NCBI GenBank assembly: GCA_035462375.1
Contig: DATHUJ010000057.1
Span: 114-64,113 of the forward strand
DNA: 64,000 bases
DNA from: Jiangellales bacterium
Lineage (GTDB): Bacteria; Actinomycetota; Actinomycetes; Jiangellales; Jiangellaceae
Direction of reading: 5' to 3'
Part shown: piece by piece, positions 54,688 through 64,000 of the stretch
How positions within the stretch are numbered: position 1 is the first letter of the stretch
Layout of the letters: each line of letters starts with the position of its first letter
Made by a program: the position numbers and the translations under genes
The notes under the pieces: model-generated
What the model was told of the DNA's origin: nothing
The model's database searches: none
What the model saw: the letters and a program-made list of their open reading frames with translations, nothing else

Positions 54688-56276
54688 CCACCGGCACCCT
54701 GCCCACTGCGGCCGACGTGGTCGCGGAGTCGTACCGCCGCCGGACCTTCGCGGTGATCAGCCACCCCGACGCCGGCAAGTCGACGCTCACCGAGGCGTTG
54801 GCATTGCACGCCCGGGCGATCGGTTCGGCCGGCGCGGTGCACGGCAAGGCCGGCCGCAAGGGCGTCGTGTCGGACTGGATGAGCATGGAGCGCGAGCGCG
54901 GCATCTCGATCACCTCGGCGGCTCTGCAGTTCGAGTACCAGGGCGTGGTCGTCAACCTGCTCGACACCCCGGGGCATGCCGACTTCTCCGAGGACACCTA
55001 CCGGGTGCTGACCGCGGTGGACTGCGCGGTGATGCTGCTGGACGCGGCGAAGGGGCTGGAGCCGCAGACGCTGAAGCTGTTCGACGTGTGTCGGCACCGC
55101 GGGATCCCGGTGATCACGGTGGTGAACAAGTGGGACCGACCTGGCAAACACGCCCTGGAGCTCTGCGACGAGCTGGAGTCCCATATCGGCTTGCACGCCA
55201 CGCCGCTGACCTGGCCGGTGGGTGAGGCCGGCTACCTGGAGGGGCTGTTGGACCGCCGCACGGCCCGCATGCTCCGCTTCGCTCGCACGGCCGGTGGTGC
55301 GACCGCCGCCGGGCAGGAGGAGCTCTCACCGGAGCGCGCCCAGGCTGAGCACGGCGACGTGTGGCGGGCCGCGGTGGAAGAGGCCGCGTTGCTGGACCCG
55401 GTGGACACCGAGTCCTTCCTGACCGGGGAGACGACCCCGATGCTCTTCGGTGCCGCCGTGCTCAACATCGGGATCCGCCAGCTCCTGGACACCCTCGTAC
55501 AGCTGGCTCCGAAGCCCACGGCGCGGCCGGACGCCGACGGCACCCCCAGGCCCGTCGACGCGCCGTTCTCCGGTGTGGTGTTCAAGGTGCAGGCGGGCAT
55601 GGATGCCGCGCACCGCGACCGGGTGGCCTTTGTGCGGGTCTGCTCGGGCCGGTTCGAGCGCGGCATGGTGGTCACCCACGCGGCCACGGGACGGCCGTTC
55701 ACCACGAAGTACGCCCAGGCCATGTTCGGGCGCGACCGGGACACCGTCGACCTCGCCTACCCCGGGGACATCGTCGGCCTGGTCAACGCGTCCACACTGA
55801 CCGCGGGCGACACCCTGCACGCGGAGGAGTCGCCGGTGCGCTTCCCCGGGATGCCCGCCTTCGCGCCGGAGCACTTCGCGGTCGCGCGGGCGGCCGACTC
55901 CGGGCGGTCCAAGCAGTTCCGCCGCGGCATCACCCAGCTCGAGCAGGAGGGCGTGGTCCAGGTGCTCCGCTCGGACCTCCGCGGGGACGCCGCACCGGTG
56001 CTGGCCGCGGTCGGCCCGCTGCAGTTCGAGGTCGCGACCCATCGGCTGGAGCACGAGTTCCGCGCCCCCGTGCAGCTCGAGCGGCTCCCGTACTCACTCG
56101 CCATGCTCACGCGCCCCCAGGACGTCCCGGTCCTCGACGCCGAGCGCGGCGTCGAGGTCGCGCACCGGTCCGACGGTGCGCCGCTGGTGCTGTTCCCGGA
56201 CCGGTGGCGGCTGGACACCGTGCGCCGCCAGCACCCCGCATCGCTGCTCGAGCCGCTGGTCGCCGGCGTTACCTGA
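54684..56276 (+). CDS. prfC: peptide chain release factor 3 (translational GTPase)
   Basis: It has G1 SHPDAGKSTLTE, G3 DTPGHADF and G4 NKWD, and is 530 aa. Its GTG overlaps the merR stop (GTGA). Confidence 0.85.
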   Translation: MTTGTLPTAADVVAESYRRRTFAVISHPDAGKSTLTEALALHARAIGSAGAVHGKAGRKGVVSDWMSMERERGISITSAALQFEYQGVVVNLLDTPGHADFSEDTYRVLTAVDCAVMLLDAAKGLEPQTLKLFDVCRHRGIPVITVVNKWDRPGKHALELCDELESHIGLHATPLTWPVGEAGYLEGLLDRRTARMLRFARTAGGATAAGQEELSPERAQAEHGDVWRAAVEEAALLDPVDTESFLTGETTPMLFGAAVLNIGIRQLLDTLVQLAPKPTARPDADGTPRPVDAPFSGVVFKVQAGMDAAHRDRVAFVRVCSGRFERGMVVTHAATGRPFTTKYAQAMFGRDRDTVDLAYPGDIVGLVNASTLTAGDTLHAEESPVRFPGMPAFAPEHFAVARAADSGRSKQFRRGITQLEQEGVVQVLRSDLRGDAAPVLAAVGPLQFEVATHRLEHEFRAPVQLERLPYSLAMLTRPQDVPVLDAERGVEVAHRSDGAPLVLFPDRWRLDTVRRQHPASLLEPLVAGVT

Positions 56277-56355
56277 GCGGCGGCCCGCCGCCGCGCAAAC
56301 ATGTCGTCGACCGTACGGCACAGTTCTCCTCGTCACCGAACCCCCGGAGGTCCCC

Positions 56356-58041
56356 GTGAGTCACCCGCACCCCGAGCTCGGGTCGCCTCCCCCGCTGCCG
56401 GCCGGGGGGCTTCGGGTCGTGGCGCTCGGTGGCCTCGGTGAGATCGGCCGGAACATGACGGTGTTCGAGCATGAGGGCCAGCTCCTGGTGGTCGACTGCG
56501 GGGTGCTGTTCCCGGAGGAGCACCAGCCGGGCGTCGACGTGATCCTGGCGGACTTCAGCTGGATCCGCGACCGCCTGGACAAGGTTGTTGCGGTCGTCCT
56601 CACGCACGGCCACGAGGACCACATCGGCGGCGTGCCCTACCTGCTCCGCGAGCGGCGCGACATCCCGCTGGTCGGCTCCCAGCTCACCCTTGCCTTCGTT
56701 AAGGCGAAGCTGAAAGAGCACCGGATCAAGCCGGTCGCCGTCGAGGTCGCCGAGGGGGACCGCCGGTCGTTCGGCGTGTTCGACTGCGAATTCGCCGCCG
56801 TGAACCATTCCATCCCCGACGGCCTGGCGGTCGCTGTGCGAACTCGGGCCGGGATGGTGCTGCACACCGGGGACTTCAAGATGGACCAGTTCCCGCTGGA
56901 CGGCCGGATCACCGACCTGCGGGCGTTCGCACGGTTCGGCGAGGAGGGTGTGGCACTGTTCCTGGTCGACTCGACCAACGCGGAGGTGCCGGGGTTCACC
57001 ACCGCCGAGCGCGACCTCGCGCCGGCGATCGAGGAGGTCTTCCGTACGGCGCCTCGGCGAGTGATCGTCTCGAGCTTCGCCAGCCACGTTCACCGCATCC
57101 AGCAGGTGCTCGATGCGGCTCACGCGAGTGGGCGCAAGGCGGCCTTCGTCGGGCGCTCCATGGTCCGCAACATGGGCATCGCCCGCGACCTGGGCTACCT
57201 CGATGTCCCGAAGGGCCTCGTCGTCGACCTCAAGGTGCTCGAACGCCTGCCTGAGGACCAGATCACCCTCGTGTGCACGGGCTCCCAGGGTGAGCCGATG
57301 GCCGCTCTCGCCCGGATGGCGAATCGCGACCACCCGATCCGGATCGGGCCCGGCGACACGGTGCTGCTCGCAAGCTCGCTGATCCCCGGTAACGAGAACG
57401 CGATCTACCGGGTGATCAACGCCCTCGCCCGGTGGGGTGCCAACGTGGTCCACAAGGGAAACGCGAAGGTGCACGTCTCCGGCCACGCGAGCGCGGGCGA
57501 GCTCGCCTACTGCTACAACGTAGTACGGCCGGCCAACGTGATGCCGGTGCACGGGGAGTGGCGGCACCTACAGGCCAACGCCGCGATCGCGATCCGGACC
57601 GGAGTCCCCGCGGAGCGGGTCGTCATCGCGGAGGACGGCGTCGTCGTCGACCTCGTCGAGGGCAGGGCGGCGATCACCGGCAAGGTGCCCGCCGGCTACG
57701 TGTACGTCGAGGGGACGACCGTCGGAGATGTCACCGAGACCTCGCTGAAGGACCGGCGCACGCTGGCGTCGGAGGGCGTGGTGACAGTGGTGGCCATCGT
57801 GGACGCCGACACCGGCACGCTCGCCGAGGCACCGGATTTCCTGGCCCGCGGCTTCACCCACGACCAGCACACCTTCGACCCCGTCGTCCCCCTGATCGAG
57901 AAGGCCTTGACAACCGCCGCCGAGGAGGGCATCGGCGACGCCCACCAGCTCGAGCAGCTCATCCACCGCGCGGTCAGCCGCTGGGTCTTCAAGACCTACC
58001 GACGGACGCCGATCGTCATCCCCGTCGTCATCGACGCCTGA
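56356..58041 (+). CDS. rnj: ribonuclease J
   Basis: It has a beta-CASP/MBL region (THGHEDHIGG...DFKMD...HVSGHAS). GGAGG lies 5 nt before GTG 56356. Confidence 0.95.
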   Translation: MSHPHPELGSPPPLPAGGLRVVALGGLGEIGRNMTVFEHEGQLLVVDCGVLFPEEHQPGVDVILADFSWIRDRLDKVVAVVLTHGHEDHIGGVPYLLRERRDIPLVGSQLTLAFVKAKLKEHRIKPVAVEVAEGDRRSFGVFDCEFAAVNHSIPDGLAVAVRTRAGMVLHTGDFKMDQFPLDGRITDLRAFARFGEEGVALFLVDSTNAEVPGFTTAERDLAPAIEEVFRTAPRRVIVSSFASHVHRIQQVLDAAHASGRKAAFVGRSMVRNMGIARDLGYLDVPKGLVVDLKVLERLPEDQITLVCTGSQGEPMAALARMANRDHPIRIGPGDTVLLASSLIPGNENAIYRVINALARWGANVVHKGNAKVHVSGHASAGELAYCYNVVRPANVMPVHGEWRHLQANAAIAIRTGVPAERVVIAEDGVVVDLVEGRAAITGKVPAGYVYVEGTTVGDVTETSLKDRRTLASEGVVTVVAIVDADTGTLAEAPDFLARGFTHDQHTFDPVVPLIEKALTTAAEEGIGDAHQLEQLIHRAVSRWVFKTYRRTPIVIPVVIDA

Positions 58042-58114
58042 CCCAGCCGAGGTGAGGACCGCCACGCCCTAGGCTGACCTCGGTTGCCCGACAGGTTGCG
58101 AGGGAGTGCCCCGG

Positions 58115-59743
58115 ATGCCGCTCACGACCACGCCGCAATGGCGATCCCTGCTCGATCACCACCGTTCCGTGGAGGGGGTGCACCTGCGGGAGCTGTTCTC
58201 GCGAGATCCGGACCGGGCGATGTCGATGACGCTGGTGGCGGACGGTCTGCTGCTGGACTTCTCCAAGAACAGGGTGACCGCCGAGACCGTCCGACGACTG
58301 GTGGCGTTGGCCGAGGCTGCCGGGCTGCGCGGTCGGATCGAGTCGATGTTCGCCGGTCAGCACATCAACTCCACGGAGGACCGAGCGGTCATGCACGTCG
58401 CGCTCCGCGCGCCGCGGGAGCGGACCCTGACCGTGGACGGCGTCGACGTGGTCCCGCAGGTGCAGGCCGTGCTGGACCGGATGGCCGACTTCGCCGAGCG
58501 GGTGCGCTCCGGGAGGTGGACCGGCCACACCGGGCGCCGCGTCCGTACCGTGGTCAACATCGGCATCGGCGGGTCCGACCTGGGCCCGGCCATGGCCTAC
58601 GACGCCCTCGCCCACTACACGGCGCCGGACCTGGAGTGCCGGTTCGTCTCCAACGTCGACGGGTGCGACTTCCTGGAGGCGACGCGAGGTCTCGACCCGG
58701 CGGAGACACTGTTCGTGGTGTGCTCCAAGACCTTCACGACGGTGGAGACCCTCACCAACGCCACCACCGCCCGGCAGTGGCTGCTCGACGCGCTCGGCGA
58801 CGAGATCGCGACGCGGTCGCACTTCGTTGCGGTGTCGACCAATGCCGACAAGGTCGCCGAGTTCGGCATCGACCCGGAGCTGATGTTCGGCTTCTGGGAC
58901 TGGGTCGGCGGCCGGTACTCCTACACCTCGGCGATCGGGCTGTCGCTGATGATCGCCGTCGGACCCGAACGCTTCCGCGAGATGCTCGCGGGCTTCCACG
59001 CGATGGACGAGCACTTCCGGACCGCTCCGCTGGAGCGGAACCTGCCTGTGCTGCTCGGGCTGCTCGGTGTGTGGTACCGCGACTTCTTCGACGCCCAGAC
59101 CCATGCGGTGCTCCCGTACAGCCACTACCTGGGGCGCTTCCCCGCCTACCTGCAGCAGCTGGACATGGAGAGCAACGGCAAGTCGGTGACACTGGACGGG
59201 TCTCCCGTCGACGTGCCGACCGGTCCGGTCGTATGGGGGACCCCGGGCACCAACGGCCAGCACGCCTACTTCCAGCTGATCCACCAGGGGACGACGCTGG
59301 TGCCGGCTGACTTCATCGGCTTCGTCCACCCTGCGACGGAGGTCGGTCGGCACCACGACCTGCTGATGGCCAACTTCTTCGCCCAGACGGAGGCGCTCGC
59401 CTTCGGCAAGACTGCCGAGGAGCTCCTCGCCGAGGGGATCGCGCCGGACCTCGTACCGCACCGGACGTTCCCGGGGAACCGGCCGACCACCACCATCCTC
59501 GCCGAGCGGCTCACCCCGTACGTGCTGGGACAGCTGGTCGCCCTCTACGAACACAAGGTCTTCACCATGGGGGCGATCTGGGGCATCAACTCCTTCGACC
59601 AGTGGGGCGTGGAACTGGGCAAGGTGCTGGCAACCCGCATCGTCGGCGAGCTGGAGTCGACGCAGGCGCCCGACCTCGGGCACGACGCCTCGACGACCTC
59701 GCTGATCCGGCACTACCGCGACCGCCGGCGTGGGCCGGCCTGA
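58115..59743 (+). CDS. pgi: glucose-6-phosphate isomerase
   Basis: It reads [11 protein letters not shown]...SKTFTT.ET...GGRYS...[13 protein letters not shown] 58115 lies 8 nt after AGGGAG, and an alternative GTG is at 58106. Confidence 0.95.
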   Translation: MPLTTTPQWRSLLDHHRSVEGVHLRELFSRDPDRAMSMTLVADGLLLDFSKNRVTAETVRRLVALAEAAGLRGRIESMFAGQHINSTEDRAVMHVALRAPRERTLTVDGVDVVPQVQAVLDRMADFAERVRSGRWTGHTGRRVRTVVNIGIGGSDLGPAMAYDALAHYTAPDLECRFVSNVDGCDFLEATRGLDPAETLFVVCSKTFTTVETLTNATTARQWLLDALGDEIATRSHFVAVSTNADKVAEFGIDPELMFGFWDWVGGRYSYTSAIGLSLMIAVGPERFREMLAGFHAMDEHFRTAPLERNLPVLLGLLGVWYRDFFDAQTHAVLPYSHYLGRFPAYLQQLDMESNGKSVTLDGSPVDVPTGPVVWGTPGTNGQHAYFQLIHQGTTLVPADFIGFVHPATEVGRHHDLLMANFFAQTEALAFGKTAEELLAEGIAPDLVPHRTFPGNRPTTTILAERLTPYVLGQLVALYEHKVFTMGAIWGINSFDQWGVELGKVLATRIVGELESTQAPDLGHDASTTSLIRHYRDRRRGPA

Positions 59744-59787
59744 CCGATCCTCTGCTCGGACCAGTCCCCCGCGTCCACGAGGGATGG

Positions 59788-61023
59788 TCAGCCGGCGACG
59801 ACCGCCTGGCCCTTGCCGATCACGACGACACCGGCGTCGGAGACGGTGTATCGCTCGCGGTCCTGGTCGAGGTCGACACCGATCCGCGCGCCTTCCGGTA
59901 TCTGGACGTTCTTGTCGACTATTGCGTTGCGCACGACTGCGTGGCGTCCGACGTTCACCCCGTGCATCAGGACGCAACCGTCCACCTCGGCGTAGGAGTG
60001 GACACGGACCCCGGGTGAGAGCACCGACCGGTTCACCGTGGTCCCCGAGACGATCACCCCGGGGGAGACCATCGAGTCCACCGCTGACCCGGCGCGTCCC
60101 TTGGACCCGAAGACGAACTTGGCCGGCGGCCAGGTCTGGTGGTCGGTGAAGATCGGCCAGTCCTGGTTGTACATGTTGAAGACCGGGTGGACCGAGATCA
60201 GGTCCATGTGGGCGTCGTAGAAGGAGTCCAGGGTCCCCACGTCGCGCCAGTAGCCGCGATCCCGGTCGGACGCGCCGGGAACGTCGTTGTCCCGGAAGTC
60301 GTAGACGTTGGCCTCGCCGCGCTCCACCAGCATCGGGATGATGCTGCCGCCCATGTCGTGCTTGCTCGACTCGTCGGCGGCGTCCACCCGGACGGCGTCC
60401 ACGAGGGCGTCGGTGGTGAAGACGTAGTTGCCCATCGACGCGAAGACCTCGTCGGGCGCGTCGGGCAGGCCCTTGGCGTCGGTCGGCTTCTCGCGGAACG
60501 CCTCGATGCGGTGCCCGTCCTCACCCACCTCGATCACGCCGAACTGGTCGGCCAGGGACAGCGGCTGCCGGATGCCCGCGACGGTGACCGCGGCTCCCGA
60601 GGAGATGTGTGCGGCCACCATCTGCTGGGGGTCCATCCGGTAGATGTGGTCGGCGCCGAACACGATCACGTACTTGGGTTGTTCATCGACGATGAGGTTG
60701 AGGCTCTGGTGGATCGCGTCGGCCGAACCGGCGAACCAGCGTGGCCCCAACCGTTGCTGGGCCGGGACCGGCGTCACGTAGTTGCCCAGCAGCGTCGACA
60801 TCCGCCAGGTCTTGGTGATGTGCCGGTCCAGAGAATGGCTCTTGTACTGGGTCAGCACCACGATCTTGAGGAAACCGCTGTTCGCCAGGTTCGACAGGGC
60901 GAAGTCGATCATCCGGTAGATGCCGGCGAACGGGACCGCGGGCTTGGCCCGGTCCGCGGTCAACGGCATCAGCCGCTTGCCTTCGCCACCGGCCAGGACC
61001 ATCGCGAGCACCTGTGTCGTCAT
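59788..61023 (-). CDS. glgC: glucose-1-phosphate adenylyltransferase
   Basis: It reads [33 protein letters not shown]...FGADHIY, followed by C-terminal left-handed beta-helix repeats. Confidence 0.95.
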   Translation of the reverse strand: MTTQVLAMVLAGGEGKRLMPLTADRAKPAVPFAGIYRMIDFALSNLANSGFLKIVVLTQYKSHSLDRHITKTWRMSTLLGNYVTPVPAQQRLGPRWFAGSADAIHQSLNLIVDEQPKYVIVFGADHIYRMDPQQMVAAHISSGAAVTVAGIRQPLSLADQFGVIEVGEDGHRIEAFREKPTDAKGLPDAPDEVFASMGNYVFTTDALVDAVRVDAADESSKHDMGGSIIPMLVERGEANVYDFRDNDVPGASDRDRGYWRDVGTLDSFYDAHMDLISVHPVFNMYNQDWPIFTDHQTWPPAKFVFGSKGRAGSAVDSMVSPGVIVSGTTVNRSVLSPGVRVHSYAEVDGCVLMHGVNVGRHAVVRNAIVDKNVQIPEGARIGVDLDQDRERYTVSDAGVVVIGKGQAVVAG

Positions 61024-61131
61024 GCCGACGACCGTAGTGACGTCTGGGCCGACGTGACCACCCCCGGCGAAGGGCCGACTCCCGCTACGTGGCGGCGGAG
61101 GTGTTCGTGGTCAGCGCGATACGTTGACGCA

Positions 61132-61698
61132 GTGGCGACGAAGCCGTACGTGGCACTGCTCCGCGGGATCAACGTCGGCGGCCGCAACAAGGTCGCGATG
61201 CGGGACCTACGAGCGGTGTTCGAGGGGGCCGGCTACGAGTCGGTCGCGACGTACATCCAGTCGGGCAACGTCCTCTTCTCCACCGATGCGAAGCCCGACG
61301 GTATGGAGGCCGACCTCGAGACGATGCTCGAGAGTCACCTGGGGGTGCCGCTCGTCGTCGTTGTACGGGCGCACGAACAGCTCCGCCGGCTCGTCGAGCG
61401 TGCGCCGGAAGGCTTCGGCGCGGCACCGGACACCTACTACTCCGACGTGGTGTTCCTGAAGGCGCCGCTCACCGGCGAAGACGCGATGCGCATCGTCGAG
61501 CTCCGGGAGGGCGTGGACGCGGCCTGGCCGGGGGACGGGGTGCTGTACTTCCAGCGGCTCGGTGCCCGCCGGACCCAGAGCCGGATGAGCAAGATCGTGG
61601 GTAAGCCGGAGTACCAGCAGATGACGATTCGCAGCTGGGCCACGACGACGAAGCTCCTTCATCTCCTCGACCGGCGTGAGGAGCACGTCGACAACTGA
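61132..61698 (+). CDS. DUF1697 domain protein
   Basis: It reads YVALLRGINVGGRNKVAMRDLRAVFEGAGYESVATYIQSGNVLF. GTG 61132 is the first in-frame start after the divergent glgC. Confidence 0.8.
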   Translation: MATKPYVALLRGINVGGRNKVAMRDLRAVFEGAGYESVATYIQSGNVLFSTDAKPDGMEADLETMLESHLGVPLVVVVRAHEQLRRLVERAPEGFGAAPDTYYSDVVFLKAPLTGEDAMRIVELREGVDAAWPGDGVLYFQRLGARRTQSRMSKIVGKPEYQQMTIRSWATTTKLLHLLDRREEHVDN

Positions 61699-61716
61699 CG
61701 AGGCACATGTCGGCCT

Positions 61717-62577
61717 CTACCAGCCGTAGCGGTCGAGCACCTGCTCGACGTGGGGCACCAGGCGGGCGCCGAAGTGGCGGACGTTGTTGAGGAGCTTGTG
61801 GAGCAGCAGAGCCGGGAGCCGCTCCTCGTACCCGCGCTCGAGGGGCCAGGCCTCGAGGTAGGCCGCCAGCGTGCGCGCGGGCAGGTTCCCCGGCCGGCGC
61901 ATGAAGGCCACCTCGAGCTCGCGGTCCGTGTACGACACGGCCGGGTCCACCAGCCACGCCCGCCCGACGACGTTGCCCGACCACAGGTCGCCGTGGGTGA
62001 GCGAGGCCGGCGGGTGGCGCGGCAGCAACGCGGGGAGCGGCCCGGCGCACGCCCGCTCGACCCGTCGCGCGATCGTCCGTGGGACGCGGGGGTCTGGCAG
62101 GTGCGGTAGCACCCGCCGCTCGACGAAGAACGTGGGCCAGTCGTCGCACCACGCGTTGTGCTGCCTCGTCAGGCCGCCGACGTTGTCCTGGTGCCACCCG
62201 TACCGAGGCCCGGTGGACCGGTGTATCCGGGCGATGACCCGCCCCAGCTCCGCCGCGTCGCCGACGCCCGACACGTGCTCGAGCACGAGCACCCGACGAG
62301 CCACCCCGAGGACGGCGGGGGTGGGTGCCCCGGCGCCGGCGAGGGCGAGCAGCCCGTCCGCCTCGAGCTCGGCCGGATAGGGGCATCGCTTCACCACGAC
62401 GTCACGCCCGTCGACGAGCGTCGCCCTCTGCACCGTGCAGATGAAGCCGCCGGGCAGTGGCGTCGCGGCGCGGACGTGCGGGAGTCCCGGTGGCCAGTCC
62501 GGACCCGTCGGGCGCTGCCTATCCCCGTCAGTCCGGCTCACTCGTCGACTGTCCACACCAGGACGCGGGCCGGTCAA
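61717..62577 (-). CDS. fructosamine kinase family protein
   Basis: It has an HGDLWSGN catalytic loop and APH-like fold motifs. The start (TTG 62577 or a downstream GTG) is uncertain. Confidence 0.75.
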   Translation of the reverse strand: MTGPRPGVDSRRVSRTDGDRQRPTGPDWPPGLPHVRAATPLPGGFICTVQRATLVDGRDVVVKRCPYPAELEADGLLALAGAGAPTPAVLGVARRVLVLEHVSGVGDAAELGRVIARIHRSTGPRYGWHQDNVGGLTRQHNAWCDDWPTFFVERRVLPHLPDPRVPRTIARRVERACAGPLPALLPRHPPASLTHGDLWSGNVVGRAWLVDPAVSYTDRELEVAFMRRPGNLPARTLAAYLEAWPLERGYEERLPALLLHKLLNNVRHFGARLVPHVEQVLDRYGW

Positions 62578-62592
62578 CCGGGCGTGGCCGGA

Positions 62593-63285
62593 TCAGGGCA
62601 TCCAGACGGCGGCGTCGTGGGCGAAGACCACGCGCCTGGGGTCGAACTGCAGGATCCGACCGATCCACGGGCTGGGGGCGGGGAGGGGGTGCTGGTGTCC
62701 CAGATCGGTGGCCCGGGCCGCCAGGACGTCGGATGACCACGCGGACGTCGTGTCGTGGGCCTGGCCGGCCAGGCAGATCGACCCGTCGTCGCACTCGACG
62801 ACGAGCGACTGGTGTCCGGCGACGTGCCCCGGCGTCGGGACGACATGAACGCCCGGCAGGATCTCGGCCTCACCGTCGAGCAGGTCGTAACAGGCGCCCC
62901 CGAAGTCCACGAGCGCGTCGACCGTGTACCCCCCGGCGCGGGCAGTCTCGAGCTCCTGCCGCTGGCACACCAGGGGCCGGTTCGCGAACTCTGGGTTGCC
63001 TCCGATGTGGTCGAAGTGCAGGTGGCAGTTGGCCACGACTGTGACGTCCTCGACCCGAAGGCCGGCGGTCGACAACGCCGCGTGGACATCGACCCGGCGC
63101 GGCCGGTACCAGGCCTCGGTCTCCTCGTCGGTGAGGCCGAGACCCGTGTCGAAGAGAACCAGGGCGCTCGGAGTCCGCACCAGGTAGCCGTAGACGGCCT
63201 CGACGCGTGGTCGCCCCGTCCCGGTCTCCTCCGCCGGACGAACGAAGGTTCCGAGGGCGAGGCGACGGACGTCCTCGATTCTCAC
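62593..63285 (-). CDS. MBL-fold hydrolase (N-acyl homoserine lactonase-like)
   Basis: It has CHLHFDHIGG and TPGHVAGH motifs. Confidence 0.8.
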   Translation of the reverse strand: MRIEDVRRLALGTFVRPAEETGTGRPRVEAVYGYLVRTPSALVLFDTGLGLTDEETEAWYRPRRVDVHAALSTAGLRVEDVTVVANCHLHFDHIGGNPEFANRPLVCQRQELETARAGGYTVDALVDFGGACYDLLDGEAEILPGVHVVPTPGHVAGHQSLVVECDDGSICLAGQAHDTTSAWSSDVLAARATDLGHQHPLPAPSPWIGRILQFDPRRVVFAHDAAVWMP

Positions 63286-63405
63286 GCTCTCAAACGTACG
63301 AAACGGAACGCGTGTCTGGGTGTGCCGGGGACGTGTGGATCGGAGGCGTCGAACACGATCTGCAGTTGTCTGTCATGGGTTCTTCAAAGCGGCTGGTTGC
63401 ACGGT

Positions 63406-64000
63406 TCACCGCATCATGTCGGCGATGGCGATGCGAGCCGACGAGGGACAGCCCTTGGTGAACCCGTAGAAGGGGCCGAAGTCGCGCGTGGACGCGTATC
63501 CGGTCACGTAGAGCCCGGCCAACGATGTCTCGAACCCCTCGGTCAGGTCGGGGAAGCCGTCGGTCACCGACACCTGGTCCAGGACGCCGGCCAGGTAGGG
63601 AACCCGAGCGAGATCTGCTCTGTAGCCGGAGGCGAAGACCACGCTGTCGACGGTCAGCACCCCGCCGTTCGACATGGTGAGTGTCACGTCCCCGTCGTCC
63701 GCCGACGCGTGGACCACCTCGCACCCAGGGTGGCTGCTGACGACGTCGGGAGTGAGGCGCGGAACCAGCCAGGCCTCCAAGGTGAGACGTCCGACCTCCC
63801 AGAACCGGCCGGCGATGCCGGCTTGCTCCTCCGCCGGGAGCCGGCGCCACCAACCCGGCTGGGCCACCGTCTGGTCGACATAGCGGTCGACGAAAGCCCA
63901 GCTGACCTTCGCGAATCGCGGAGTGCTGTGCCGGTGCACGACGTCGACACGCTCGGCGCCGTGGTCGCACAGCAGCGCAGCCCATTCGTAGGCGCTCTGG
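63406..64000 (-). CDS. FAD/NAD(P)-dependent monooxygenase-like protein, C-terminal part (N-terminus outside the window)
   Basis: The reading frame is open to position 64000 (...QSAYEWAALLCDHGAERVDVVHRHSTPRF...). The C-terminal region VVFASGYRADL...GLYVTGY resembles SidA/IucD-type or flavin monooxygenases. Confidence 0.55.
   Translation of the reverse strand, partial: QSAYEWAALLCDHGAERVDVVHRHSTPRFAKVSWAFVDRYVDQTVAQPGWWRRLPAEEQAGIAGRFWEVGRLTLEAWLVPRLTPDVVSSHPGCEVVHASADDGDVTLTMSNGGVLTVDSVVFASGYRADLARVPYLAGVLDQVSVTDGFPDLTEGFETSLAGLYVTGYASTRDFGPFYGFTKGCPSSARIAIADMMR

Overview
This 64 kb window is very high-GC DNA that reads as actinobacterial chromosome, judged by eye from codon bias, GTG/TTG starts and frequent 4-nt GTGA start/stop overlaps. 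I could run no searches, so every protein call rests on motifs I recognise in the supplied translations. Start codons are my best choice from in-frame starts, Shine-Dalgarno-like sequences and start/stop overlaps.

I support about 60 CDS, one frameshifted TetR gene and one tRNA-Thr(CGT). I found no rRNA, CRISPR array, transposase or integrase.

From memory, gene order matches the conserved actinobacterial backbone known from M. tuberculosis Rv3646c-Rv3678A and S. coelicolor SCO3541-SCO3571:
- DUF4177, RidA, NUDIX and MBL genes, then crp, nth, NUDIX and a MarP-like protease
- EphE-like hydrolase and acs
- HAD hydrolase, Ssd/TadZ, TadA, TadB, TadC, Flp-like and TadE-like genes
- DECH helicase, BldG-like STAS protein and its anti-sigma partner, H+-PPase
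- topA, an MFS-Tmk fusion and holB
- a tail of housekeeping genes: PSP1, prfC, rnj, pgi and glgC

The features most worth a second look are:
1. The 'helicase/secretion neighbourhood' at about 27.4-36.5 kb. A tightly start/stop-coupled Tad-like pilus operon with a lysine-less CpaE/Ssd ATPase and no prepilin peptidase converges on a DECH helicase with a Cys-rich C-terminus. Its last gene overlaps a convergent coiled-coil membrane gene by 223 bp. A BldG-type partner-switching pair sits next to the helicase. The function of this conserved module is still essentially undefined.
2. A two-tier monocarboxylate-uptake island at about 11.5-19.9 kb. It holds a LytS-type kinase, a LytTR regulator, a small membrane protein and an SSS symporter with an expanded loop. 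A 19-bp-arm inverted repeat follows, then a perfect GTGA-N6-TCAC (CRP-type) palindrome, then DUF485-actP-acs. crp itself lies in the same window.
3. A TetR gene broken by a single-base frameshift.
4. Several strong palindromic operators, including a MerR-type 19-bp-spacer promoter in front of a merR-prfC pair.

Many very long ORFs in the six-frame track are antisense or out-of-frame artefacts of the GC bias and were rejected.
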